NCBI GenBank assembly: GCA_965285935.1
Contig: OZ260664.1
Coordinates: forward strand, 70,184,001-70,248,000
Source of the DNA: Ophelia neglecta
Lineage: Eukaryota
Direction: 5' to 3'
Length of the DNA: 64,000 nt
Shown: in pieces, positions 13,845 through 25,875 of the stretch
Layout: each line of letters begins with the position of its first letter
How positions within the stretch are numbered: the first letter of the stretch is position 1
The notes under the pieces: model-generated
Databases searched by the model: none
The model's input: only the letters and a program-made list of their open reading frames with translations
What the model was told of the DNA's origin: nothing
Translations under genes and position numbers: made by a program

Positions 13845-14413
13845 GAGGCGGTGACACACTGCAGGTACAACCGTAGCAAGACCCCGGTAGTAGTTCCGGG
13901 GCTCCTCAGGCGGAACGGAGGTTGTTGCCCTCACCTTCAGATTACATAATAGCCTCTCTACGGAAGTCTCGGAGGCGGCAATGCCAGTGCCATGGTTAAC
14001 CGGGGACAAGCCGCCACGACAGACGCCGGTCAAACAGGCCCCGGTACTTCCCGGAAGGTTATTTTGGTTTTTACCGCGGTATTCCGGGAGTTTCTGCAGA
14101 GCGTTCTTTAGCAATCCAGTGTCAACCGTTGGTTTTTGACTCCTCGTTTGCGGCGGAATGCTCCGGTAGGCACCCGGCAACTGTACGGCAGACCTGCAGT
14201 TGACCTAACAGCGATAGGGTACCCTCGGTAGAAATCTTACCGGTTTGGTCCACGGGAATTTTAAACATGTTGGAAAATTCCGGAACTGGCGCCGGATAGC
14301 GACGCTGTCTCCTTGGCATCCGCGAAAGCGCTCTACTGATACTCCCGGAAGACCCTCGAAATCACGAACCGGGAAGTACTGGGAGCATGAACCAGCTATA
14401 TATGAGTGATGTA
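13845..14413. mobile_element. GC-rich non-autonomous DNA transposon (MITE-like), probably related to the 21.6-kb element
   Basis: Sharp GC-rich island built from ACCGT/ACCGG/CCCGG words. It shares ACAACCGTAG and CGGGGACAA with the 21591-22330 MITE. The left end AGGCGGTGACACAC looks like a TIR, but no matching right TIR could be confirmed. Confidence 0.6.
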
Positions 14414-15273
14414 TAAAAATAGCGGCCGCGTCTTTCTAATAAGCTAGAGATACCTTCTCGAAACTAGCCAACATCATTCATTAGCATATCATACTGGTCA
14501 TAGCACTGTTTTCATTTCAGGGAACTCAATACGATTTCAAATACCAAGTACGTTTCTAATTGAAGAGAACCATTAATCGCAACGTATAACAGGATAACAT
14601 GTATGAGCAGGATATCTAGAAATAAGTAAAGATTGGGCATTGTTGTTGAAACTAGCAAAAATTACGATTAGCTGATGTCATAAGAATATATAAAACATTA
14701 AAATAATGGGAAAACATGCACCTTTCAAGCGGGCATTGTCTGCTATCAGCAAATACAAGGCAATATATCCTTCCCACAGTACACATTGTTTAGTTCAAAA
14801 TAGCTTTTAAGAGGAATACTCTTCTTTTTAAATAAAATTCTAGAATAAGAATAAGATTTTCTTTAAAAGTGTCTTTTTTCTGTGTTACTAGAACAAATTC
14901 CCCACAGGCAAGCATCTCATTAACTGAGGCACAATTCACATTGTTCTGGGATGCCAGGTCATTTGTCTAGTTACATCAATTGATTAAACAAAAACGATTA
15001 GCCTATATGACGCTCTGTATACGGTATTTATAAATGAAGTAAGAGTCAAGAAACGACTTTGCTGATTGTATATCAATTTCTAGCAGACCCACTTCTGAGA
15101 GTTTCATCTTGTTGATGTTAGCTGTAGTATTATTTATGGCATCGGCTATTGTTTTTGGACTCCGTTTAACTATCAGACGGATATTTCCATCCGAGCAAAC
15201 TATTTCAAAGCACCTTTGGCGTAAAGATCAGGCATAATATTCCCTGTGATTCAGCATTGGAAAATGGGAAAAA

Positions 15274-15293
15274 ATTGTTGTTGTTGTTGTTGC
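15274..15293 (+). repeat. (TTG)n microsatellite
   Basis: TTGTTGTTGTTGTTGTTG run. Confidence 0.85.
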
Positions 15294-16454
15294 AATTGGT
15301 CACATCTCGCCCGTGCATGTCTTTTCTCGAATGAAATACTAGCAGATATGTGATGCCTGAAACAGTTTTCTATAAATGTGATGCCTTGGCAGAGGTTTTC
15401 TTCCAATGGGTATCCCTTATATAATTAAAATCATTGCAAATGTGTTCAGAAAGAAGTCAAAAAGGCAAATCAGGTCCATTATTTTTGCATTTAACCTGTC
15501 TTAAAGTGCCAGCATGCATTCATTATTGGATAAACTTTGACAAAATTGATTTTAGCCTAGGCCGAAATGGAACTTTAAGATAAGACAAACTCCCTATCAT
15601 TCAATAGTGCAATTGTTTGCGATCAATCTCATTTATTCTTCTAGCCTAATATTTCTCATTGGTACTGTCGTTTAATGCACATATATTCGGTCGTTCTTTT
15701 TCTGTTTAACCAATAAGGCTGGCTGAAACTGTTCAATATCAATTTCCTTCTCGCACATTTATCGCCCCTTATGTGACATATTCCAAGATAAACTAGCGCC
15801 ATGGCGCTATGAGGTGGCCACTGAACTACTTTAAGGAGTTCCTGAGGCATAAAGCAAAGCGAATTCTCAATATAACATTGAAACTTTGAAATTGATAGGA
15901 ATAAACTACTCTAGGAACATGCAAAGCAATTGGTTGTATGCTGAATTGTTTTTAGGGAGCCTTCTTCTGTACAGGAATTCTGTTGTCCACCTATTTAGAA
16001 CCGTACGTAACACTTTTACAAGTGTCTAGGATGGATATAAATGACAGCCATTTTCTGTTCCAGTAAATTGTTACCCATTTATTTCTGCACGTAAACCCAT
16101 ATTTCATTTCTTGTTTTACGGGCGGGATCAAAGTGAACCATCCATTTTTGAAATACTGTGTAAATAATATTAATATTGGAAGACAAGTGGTTCAAAAGAA
16201 AAATTATCAGCAGTGGTACAAGGTCTGAATCGGTGAGATATTGTCATAACTAATCGATGGCATGGTAGTTCATTGCACTCTACAAAATATATACAAATTT
16301 ATACAACACAACTGTGAATATATACATTTGGTGACGTTTATCGCAGTCATTTGTCACACCGGCTGGTGAATGCGTCTACGAGATAAAGGATAGCCCATGT
16401 TGACTATATTTTAAAGTCAAATATTTAGCGTGATCAGGCTAAATGGAATACAAA

Positions 16455-16595
16455 ACTTACCTCTGAGTCCGTCAATAAGACTGCATATCCTATTGGTCAT
16501 CATGAAAAATCAGTGGAATAAACTGTCAAACAATGATGCTGGGATTATAAGTTACGACTTGTGGAATGCACTATTTATACCCAGTTTCCTATTGG
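16455..16595 (-). promoter_or_regulatory. Candidate Pol II core promoter and first exon (CCAAT, TATA, exon, donor)
   Basis: Minus strand shows CCAAT (16595-16591) and TATAAATA (16579-16572). Then comes ATG ATG (16503) with an open frame MMTNRICSLIDGLR ending at AG|GTAAGT (exon end 16461). Confidence 0.4.
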
Positions 16596-19500
16596 CTTAG
16601 GCCTCCCTCCTTCACAAAATAAGTCTTTGCAAATTGTTAGCACACAGTCAAATGGCTAGATTGCGTTAGAATAGTCCTGTCCCGCTAACTTTTTTAGTAC
16701 TTGAATTATGCCGATTTGTGAAAACCTGAATAAGCATACAAACGTTTAAGTTATGTGGCTCTATTGTCTTTGCAAGTATTTTGTAAAAACGGTGCTATAT
16801 GAGTAGACCATTAAATATTATGCTACAGGGAATATGGGATATTAAAGATATTATAGATGGCCAAGGAAATGGAGGATAACAGGTAGCTGTTACAAGATTC
16901 TATTCGTTGATTCCGTTGTTTGTATATGACCAAACGACCGAACACCATCCCATGTCACTGCATATCTTACGCATCCTTGATTTCAAACAAATATATAAGC
17001 TCATATTAACATTTGAAATGCAACCATAACCAGTTAGTCGTCAATAACCACGTGATCCAATGAACATTGCACCTGATCAGGGGCTGAGTGTCGACGTTTC
17101 AGTCGGTGACTATTTACTAATACGTCTGCGGAATTCCCAAATTATGTGTATTCGTTAAAACAATGTATATTTAAGACCAACGGACAAGGGTCTTTCTGTC
17201 GTCGTCTGGAGATAGCTGGTTTGATGTGCACGGATTTGAATTGAAGGCCGAGATGCGGCGGGCGTAGTCACGTGAAACGTTTAATGTTCCGATTTCATGA
17301 TTTCCAAAAGCATAAGTTTATGCGTTATTCCTTTTGCTTGAAAGTGCAATGCGTCCATCTTTGTGTCTTCTGGTTGGTCTTTTTTGCTGGTTGAAAGGCA
17401 TAACTCCTCCATGGCAAGTGCATAGTCGCTGGCTGGCAAACGAAGGTGAATCCAAACGTAATAGTGGAACATGAAAAAGTCTGCAACGACTGGAGAGTAA
17501 CTATGGACTATATTAGACAGGTTCAGGTACCTGGGCAAACGGCATCGTAAATCTGATAACGACCTAATGTGCTGCGGAAATAAGGTTCCATCTCCCGTCT
17601 GTGCTACTGGTCAGTGATTTCTTTGGCGGTGGGCGGATAAAGAGCGTGTTTTTATTCTTAAGGTTTTAGGCAATGAATTTCACAATAGTCTGGGGTTCTC
17701 CCACCTGTTCTTAATTATAAAAATTTTGAAGTATGGGAATGTTTCTTATTTGAAGCTGATAAACCTTTGTAATTGGCTTTAAGAACAAAGTAAAAATTGA
17801 TAATAATAACAGAGTTTACCTTAATATATTATGGAAATCCTCCATGAATATATATGTTTTTTTTTATACAATCGGGACATATTGTCTGGGCAAAGAATGT
17901 GAAATATTTGTGTACGGATATCAATAAAATTTTACATTTCTACGAATCAGCAACAGTGGATCACATATTCAATCTAGGAAAGATCTCCCCCGATTGACAC
18001 CAATATCGTCAGTTAACGCATACAGCTATTATTATATTCATTTGGCCACTTTTCTTTCTTGCCTTTAGGAAGTTCGAAGATTTATATCTCAAACAGCGGA
18101 TTTTTTGTGTGTGTTGAATATCAATTTTCGTTGCCAAATTTATTGCTGTTTCCGAACAAGCCTATTTAATTACCTTAGTATAGAAGCAAGCGGATACTAC
18201 CCAAATAATTTGTTTCGGCGTTGCACATGACTCAAAACAGATGTGTAATTTCCAGCGGAGACAAGCCACATGACATTTGGACATTAAAGAAATGCCAGTA
18301 AAAATTCTGGTTTCCATTTCTATTCTTTGCAATCATTTTATAGTTTGAAAAAACAACAGAAGATTATTAAATGAGACATTAGGCGGTCTGGTTTGCACAG
18401 CCCATTGACTTATAAAAGAATAGTTTGTTGTACACATAACATTAGAGTATAAGAACACAGTCAAAAATAACGATGTGCACAACTTAACAAGTATAAGTTT
18501 GCTCATTCACATGTGTGGTTCTGAAGCAAAAGTAGTGAATATAATTGTTTTTGCATAACTTTACAGATGCAAGCTTCTCTTTTGACCAAGGGCTCCTTAC
18601 AATAGCAAAAAAACATAAAACATTAATAGGTAAAAGTGGTTTTATTCTTTAAATTGACGTTTAAATCATTGAACATTATCTATTAAGAAAACAATTACAT
18701 GTATGATAGTTTCGAGACCCAAATATCACCGACAGTAATCTGAGAGATATGAGAGACTTTATGCTATTATTGATTTAAAGACATTTAATTGTGTAAGTAT
18801 TACAATTAATTCGTTGAATGATTGTTCCTTGAAAGGCGTAGTTCTATTTTCTAGATATGTTGAGGTATTTCTGAGCTAGACCTACATAAATTTCATTTTT
18901 CCGTGTCGGTAGCTGGTAGATTGATTCATAATCAAATGCCAGCTTTTTTTGCAAATGCCTACTTTTGTATGTCTAATCACTAAACGTGAAGCCGATCATG
19001 GATAAACGAAACTAAGGAACAGTTACCTTATCTCTATTGCTTACGATAGCATTTCAGTTAGGAAGCCATTTGGGATGAAAGTACAGATCGCTCCGAAAAC
19101 CGTGTTTCAAAGATGGATTTATCTTTAAAACCTTTCAGACGGCATGAGCCTAAATTGAATTTTACAGTTTTGCCGAGAAGGAGTTGCCGCCTTTGACATG
19201 GTGTAAGACGAATGATTCGGTCGACCCTTATCTGGCAGACGAACAGCCCAATAAGCAGTATGGTGGTAATATGTTTAGGGCACGAATGTTATATGGCTTT
19301 ATGGCCTAGTTGATATAATTTCTCTAAAAGGTATTAAAGGGCATAAAAGGAAGTTTCTGTTATGTTTGGGTTATAAAACGTGATAATACAGGACTAACCA
19401 AACATCCAAAGATTGACGTCATATGTTGCCAGTTACGAATTTAACGGCTAGTCGTCCTCGACTTTATCCCTAGCTAAATCGGGCGTATAACAGGGAAAAC

Positions 19501-21274
19501 TTGCTAATCAGTAGAATAGAATCATCCCAGCCCTTGCAGTCTAGTTTAAAATGATGTCATACCATGCCACCCTATCAGTTTCCGACAGACACAAAAGAAG
19601 AACAATATAAGAGCGTGACTCGTTCTATTCATCAGAGATAATCGGTCGTCCCCCTATTCCCTTCGTGTGGAAAAGTTAATTTTTATTATTGCGTTCTTTC
19701 ATTATTGATGTTTATTCCAAATGTTGTCAGTTTCTGTGATCTCCTGCTGTATTTGCATATGTGAACTCTGTTAAGTCCCGTTTCTCTCTGGGTAAATCGT
19801 CGTCCTCCCCCCCCCCCCCTCTACTTCGGCCTGTCAGATGATATATTCTGAACAGAGCTATCAAGGACAGGCTACTTAGTTGTTTCCATAAAACGTTTTA
19901 TTTTCATCCTTTGAAATTTCCTAAGTAATTCCTATACGAAAAGTAAGAACAACACAATATTAAAACTTCTCATATGAAAATTGCAAGACATATTTATATG
20001 AATAAATGAACAAATGCATGAACAAATATCTTACTTATCCTTAGATGAAATGGTGCTGTTAAAGAATATAATATTGCTTCAAACAGTCACTAAGTTGGTT
20101 AATAACCACAGGCCATAAGGCCATTTAAAGGATATACATCACTAATACATTTCCTAAGGGAGTCTATTTTGACAATTCAATAAATGCCGTGCATTTCTAA
20201 AGGTTCAAGTCATATGCTACATAGCTGTGCATAAGTTGATTGAAAAGAGTGTATTTCTGTAACAATCGTCTTGCTCAAAAAGTGATAGCATTTGGCCAAA
20301 GTTGTTGATCGCAAATGACTGGCACTGGGTACTACATTTGATCTATACTACTTATATGATTTTAACTGGTAATTTTAGTGCTCATTAATTAACAAATCGG
20401 TGCACATATGAACGAGGTCTGGAGCATCCCCCTCCCACGTCCTATCAAAGCAGGAGTGATGTCAGGATAATGAGCAGACTAGCCACTCGAGTACAGAATG
20501 CGCTCGGGACGCCCACGGTGAGCTAGAGGCTCTATAGGCTATCATGGCGGCGGGAATGAGTCCTCGCCCGATTATGCCGCCCGCCCTTAGGCCCTTGTCT
20601 TTTCCTTATTATCTTTAAGACCGGGCTTGTGTCGTGTTTCCTAATTAATGTGGTAAGTGGCGCTATTTACTGTTTTAACCCTTTACCGTTTCCTTAATGA
20701 GTTTTTCCGCTGCTGTGCCGGCTATCCCCTAGCGTTTTTTATTTGTTCCTTCTCAATTCAACCAATAAAAAATAGGTTATAAACTGATAATAAATAGCAT
20801 TTTTCTTCTGGATCTTTCGTTTACAGGTTCTAATTCAACTTGACACTGTATGTTTCAAAACCATGGCAAAAATATATTATGTTCTTTAAATGGGTTCATG
20901 ATTAAACGCCAACTACGAATATGACACCCAACATGTGCATGTAACAAACTCCCTTAATTACTTTAAGTATTGTATTTCATGCGTAGCTCTGATCTCCGTC
21001 CTTAATTTAATCCTTATATGCAAACTATCACTAAATACTGCAACAGTTATGTTTAAGCAGTATTAAAAAATATTGTAAAGGTGGTCATCACAGTAGACAA
21101 GCATTTGAAATGATCTCTTCCTATCCATACATGGTATGTGGCTAAGATCAATCAGGTCGCTCTATTAGTTCACGCCATCAGTGACTGTAGGTACTTCGGC
21201 CTTTTCAGTGTCGCAATTTATTAATCTAAGTATATTGTTATAACGAGAAAAAAGAAACATGTGTTTGGCACATT

Positions 21275-21440
21275 AAATGTATAGTGTATTTCATTTACAC
21301 ATCGCTCTGTTATACAGTTAGACGGGATAAGAGAAATACGCAATTCATTGGCGGTTCTCTTCGATCATTTTTTGCCCGTGGCATATGTTGATATTACAGA
21401 AATACTTGTTTTGAAAGTTAACAAGAATAAACAAAAACCT
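21275..21440 (-). repeat. Dispersed ~165-bp repeat, copy 2
   Basis: Reverse complement aligns with 6610-6775; conserved core GACGGGATAAGAGAAATACGCA. Confidence 0.8.
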
Positions 21441-21590
21441 ATCAAATGTTGAATTGTTTATTTTTTTTATCTTCAAAGGTCTTTTGTAAAGCTGTTTACC
21501 ACTCAAAGCTCAAAGCAGAAATGTGCCAAATTTGTCCTTCCCCCTTGTTCACAAACGGTTGTATGAAGATGAATCCCAATGGAGGTTTAA

Positions 21591-22330
21591 AGCCCCAGTC
21601 CCACAGAGCTCCCGGTCCATCCCGGTGCTGACACCGTGAAGAACCATGAAGAACCTTGAGCAAACCGTCACCAATCCGTAGTCAATCCTTAAGGGTCCGG
21701 GAGTGTCCGGGAGTGTCCGTGAGGGACCGGGAAGCTCCCCGGTGGTTTTTGACATGTCAAAAACAGTCGGGGACAACCGGGAACAACCGTGGGTCACCGT
21801 GAAGAAAGCACATCCGTAGTCAATCCTTTGTCAAACCGTAACTCTACCGGGACCACCGTAGCATGACCGTGTTGACCCCGGGAGTACACCTTGGTGCACC
21901 TTGAAGGACCGGGAAGGGCCAGGAGTAGGAAGTTCTTGCCGGTCGTGTCACGGTGCCAACACGGTGATCCCGATCACACTACGGTCCACCGGGAGGACAC
22001 AACCGTAGTAATACCGCGAAGAACCGTCGCAGCGCCCTGAATACCGTGGTGACACCGTAAATCACCGGGGCCGACCGTAGCTAGACCTGGAATTACCGTG
22101 GTGCCACCGGGAACAACCTAGAAGACACCGTGTTCTCACCGTAGCATCACCGGGCATTGTCGTGTTAGCACCGTGAAGGACCGTAACTAAACCGTACTGG
22201 GACCGGCTTGTTAACTATTTATTGTAAAACTTCCACGGTTCATCACGGTGCTCAATATTTTCATCACCGGGATAATCCGTGGAGATCCTTGAAGGACCGT
22301 AGTCACACCGTCGTTTGTGGGACTGGGGCT
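21591..22330. mobile_element. Intact 740-bp PIF/Harbinger-type MITE
   Basis: Perfect 15-bp TIRs AGCCCCAGTCCCACA (21591-21605) and TGTGGGACTGGGGCT (22316-22330). A TAA target duplication lies at 21588-21590 and 22331-22333. There is no transposase ORF, and the interior is packed with ACCGT/ACCGG motifs. Confidence 0.9.
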
Positions 22331-23619
22331 TAAATAAGCGTCAATCTCCTTAAGACACATGAACTGAGCCTGCCAATAATTCGAGCTGTCTTACGGCGAT
22401 GAGGTCTGGTAAGGTTCATTGCTCCTATTGCGTTTACAATTGGAAAGGCGGCCTTGTTGACCTAAGTTGAAGCGAAGGGTACTTTAATGCCGCTACTGTA
22501 TTCTGTAGTATAAACACTTATACCGGTACAGAAATTTAGTTTTAAGCTTTTCACAATTCACCGTAAATGTTGATTATACCATTTGTCAGAGTTGAACGTG
22601 CAGCGTCAAGGTGTATTGAGATTTCCCACTCAAATCAGTTCATCTTTATCAATTTAATAAAAAGGCTTTGATTTAGATAAAATAGAAATAGGGAGGGGGG
22701 GGGGGTGGCGGGGGGTTACCGGCAGACTATACAGAATCATAGTCAGCAACAAGCCAATAAATTAGGCTGAAGCAAAGAGCTTTTTTTATCAACATGTATT
22801 ATATTTATCAATGTCATTACTAACATTTTCCAGGATGGCGGAAACACTAGGGAACATAGATACACAATGAGATGTTTTTGTAAAGACCTAAAGATGGAGT
22901 CTTTCAACAGGTCGTCGTTGGGCCGTTTTGAAACCTCATACACTGTTTTGTAGACGGTAAACAATAACCAATTCCTTTTAAAAATGCATGCGATAAACAC
23001 TATTGCTAGGAGAAGCTACTCAGTCTTTATGTGTTACTTACTCTAATGTTAATAATTCGAAGGTGAGTTTCGCAGCAAATCCATAAAAGACAAATATCAT
23101 AAGGTCTGAATAGGAACCAGGAAAAATCATTTATTAAGCTTCAATCATAACGAGCTAGTGAAAACAAGCAGGCGTTAAGACGAACATGACAAATGTAGAT
23201 ATAACGCCATCTGCTTGATAAGTGTTTCTTCAGTTTGCCAACTATGATTGCTTCTTGATCTCTTTCAAACTCATAGTGTAAATAGGTACCTTGATCCGTA
23301 CATGCCCCTAGGGAAGCGGAACCTAAAAATGTATTTTGGGAATGTACTCAGGCTTCAGAAATGTTCAGGGACCCTGCCATTACCAGCCCTATGTTGATAT
23401 AAACCAAAGTATCCCTTGCAGGCTTTTGAAATGGTATGACCAGAGAAACAATATAGTTTGTAGCCATGTATTGGTCCCCCGTTTAAAATGACATGGTCGA
23501 GCTATTTTGCATGTTGTGTGTGGTAGACATTTTCCAATGTTACCATTGCAAGAACGTGAGTAGCAAAAATGCTTAAACGAGCGTTTTAAAATAAGAAAAC
23601 TTCATTAGGCAATTCCGGT

Positions 23620-23890
23620 CTGGAAAAAACAAACCAAGGAGAGGAAAATCGCCGTCTTGGTGACAGAAATCAAATATGTTGAGTTTATAATGAATACGTA
23701 TCGGAAAGTTGCTGTTAGTTCATTATTCCAGAATTCAATAGAAATGATGGAACTTTGCCCAGGACCAAAGACGCAATCAGCGCACAATAGGCAGAAATCT
23801 TCTTCCATTATCTACCATTCTACGTCAGTGACACCGATGAATGTATTGCCCTGAACCCAGACTGGTGATAAAAGAGGTGCCAACGTTCAG
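23620..23890 (-). mobile_element. CR1/L2 LINE reverse transcriptase remnant
   Basis: Minus frame LFYHQSGFRAIHSSVSL matches the RT QxGFRxxHST motif. It is followed by MVDN and HYKLNIFDF (compare LLxKLxxYG), with stops and frameshifts. Confidence 0.55.
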
Positions 23891-25479
23891 ACGACACGTT
23901 TACAGAAGGTGCCAATAATCAGAGATAGGTTCTGTTCCACTGCGTTAAAGCACTGTCATGTATACAATACTTCGATCGCTTTGGCCTTTGGGAAGGGCAC
24001 CAGTCTGAGCTCAGTCTAATGACAGAGCGTCCAAAGGCAATAATTGAATAACGAAGTGCCGACCAGAAGGACGTTTTTGGCATTGAACAATTAGTTTGAG
24101 TTTGCCATTGATTGAATCATTTCATACATGTGACGGTAATAAATTCCAAACCAAATCAAACCAAATAGCATGAACATTTATGGGAGGTTTTCATCAATAT
24201 TTCATGTGCAACAATCTATTGGTCATCATCATAAAAAGTACAATTTCCAAAGGTTCGTGTAATTTGTTGGACCTATTATCAAGTGAATCCACTTATAGAT
24301 ATAAAAGAACTTCTGGCTCAGAAGGCGATGGAAACAAACATATTACAAATACAGATCAAGAGAATAAAATAAGTAAGTAAGTATGTAGAAAACTTGTGTA
24401 AAGTAATGGTAGTCCCTGGCTTATTAGGTCCATTACCACCCCCACCCCCCTCACACATAGACTCCGTGTAGCTACCTACCCCACCCCGGGAGTTCCCCTG
24501 TCTAATTAATTAGCATGTAGAGGTGGTTTAGAAACTCTAGTTTAAATGAGGTCCTACCTCGAAATGTGAGTACTTTACATTTCCCGTTTTCACAATACCG
24601 GCACATTAGGGGTCCTGTCTCTAAATATAAGTTCTTTGCGTTCCATGATCTCACAATACTGGCAAAATTCGTCCCCGGGGTCTTAAATGTTTAACCCTAG
24701 CCTAGTGATTTGATAATAAGGGAATTTTACGGCCAAGGGGCTCAACCTGAACATTAATATCCTCCAGTTACCATAAATTTCAGGTTGATGCTATCAATCG
24801 ATTTGCAGGACACGCCTATGATATATTGGCAGTATGAACCTAATCGAAAGTTACGAGACAAATGCGAATATTTTTCACAGCACTGTTAATCGATAGGGCG
24901 TACAGAACACGACTTATAACGATACAAGGTTAACGTAGAGGCAAAAAAACAGTGACCAGCAGGTTTTAAATAAATAATGAAGAACCATCGCTTTAGAGAA
25001 AAAAAAGCCCGTGAGAGAGCCAACATACCCAAGGTCGAAGTAAGAAAGATAATAATGTGGAGCAACAAAACGCTTACAGCGTCAACAGTCCCTATGTTTG
25101 AGCAGTCGAGAAAGGTGAGAATAATACGAAGATTTCCTTTGGTGTTTGTAAGCTTCCAACTGACGGTTTCTGATGATTTCTGACTGATTTAATTTAATTT
25201 TCTTTATTGTTATGTTTCTTTTCTGCCGGGTATCCACTCCCGTTATTTGAAGAAGACACGGGTATATTTTGATCTATCTTATTTCTCATTATAATCATCA
25301 TTGAGTTTGACAAATGTTTCAGAATTACACTAACGGTAATTTACTATTCACAGGTGAAGACACATCTCAATATTCTAGCGATACATGTTTAATAGGAGGC
25401 AAATTATCTTCTGACTATCTAATAGTTAGACCTTGTTTAAACATAAAGGGATGTGTGACTGCATGGCGGTTGGTTATTA

Positions 25480-25672
25480 GATATCACTATAAGGAAGATG
25501 GGGCCGAATGTTGGTTTTCATATATCACTATAAGCGGGTGGGGCTCGCAGTTTATTTTTATTATATAACACTTTAAGAGAGGTGAGGCTATTATTTATCG
25601 GTATGAGGAAAATATGAACACGGTTGATTATCATGTATTACTATATAAAGGAGGTGAGGCTGGTGATCCGCG
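25480..25672 (+). repeat. Degenerate minisatellite, about 4 units
   Basis: Recurrent TATCACTATAAG...GGTG(G/A)GGC units. Confidence 0.6.
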
Positions 25673-25699
25673 GTCAGGACTTCTTTCAACGTTATTTAA

Positions 25700-25875
25700 C
25701 AAACCCCTCATCACGATTATTTATCAATACTCTCATCACGTTCTCCGGGTTCCCGGATGATGACTGGCTTGCTAGTTGGCTTAATGCATTGCTTCTGATG
25801 AATGATACGGCGGTTTTTGCAACTTCTCGCCTCGCTATGGAGAGAAAACTATGGTTTATAAAGAGTTGTGAATCG
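25700..25875 (+). mobile_element. Non-LTR retrotransposon RT catalytic-motif remnant
   Basis: Within ORF 25624-25944: PSSRLFINTL...PDDDWLASWLNALLLMNDTAVFATSRLAMERKL. This resembles the LLMDDT variant of the [YF]ADD box, with a D to N change. Confidence 0.6.

Noticed and set aside
13842-14319. ORFs of 112 and 65 aa
   Set aside because: By-products of the GC-rich repeat island, with no protein motif.
21446-21797. ORFs overlapping the MITE
   Set aside because: Low-complexity translations of the internal repeats, not a transposase.
22690-22720. G/C runs (also about 19805, 35730, 37030, 43838) as G-quadruplex signals
   Set aside because: Simple homopolymer tracts common in invertebrate MITE relics, with no further support.
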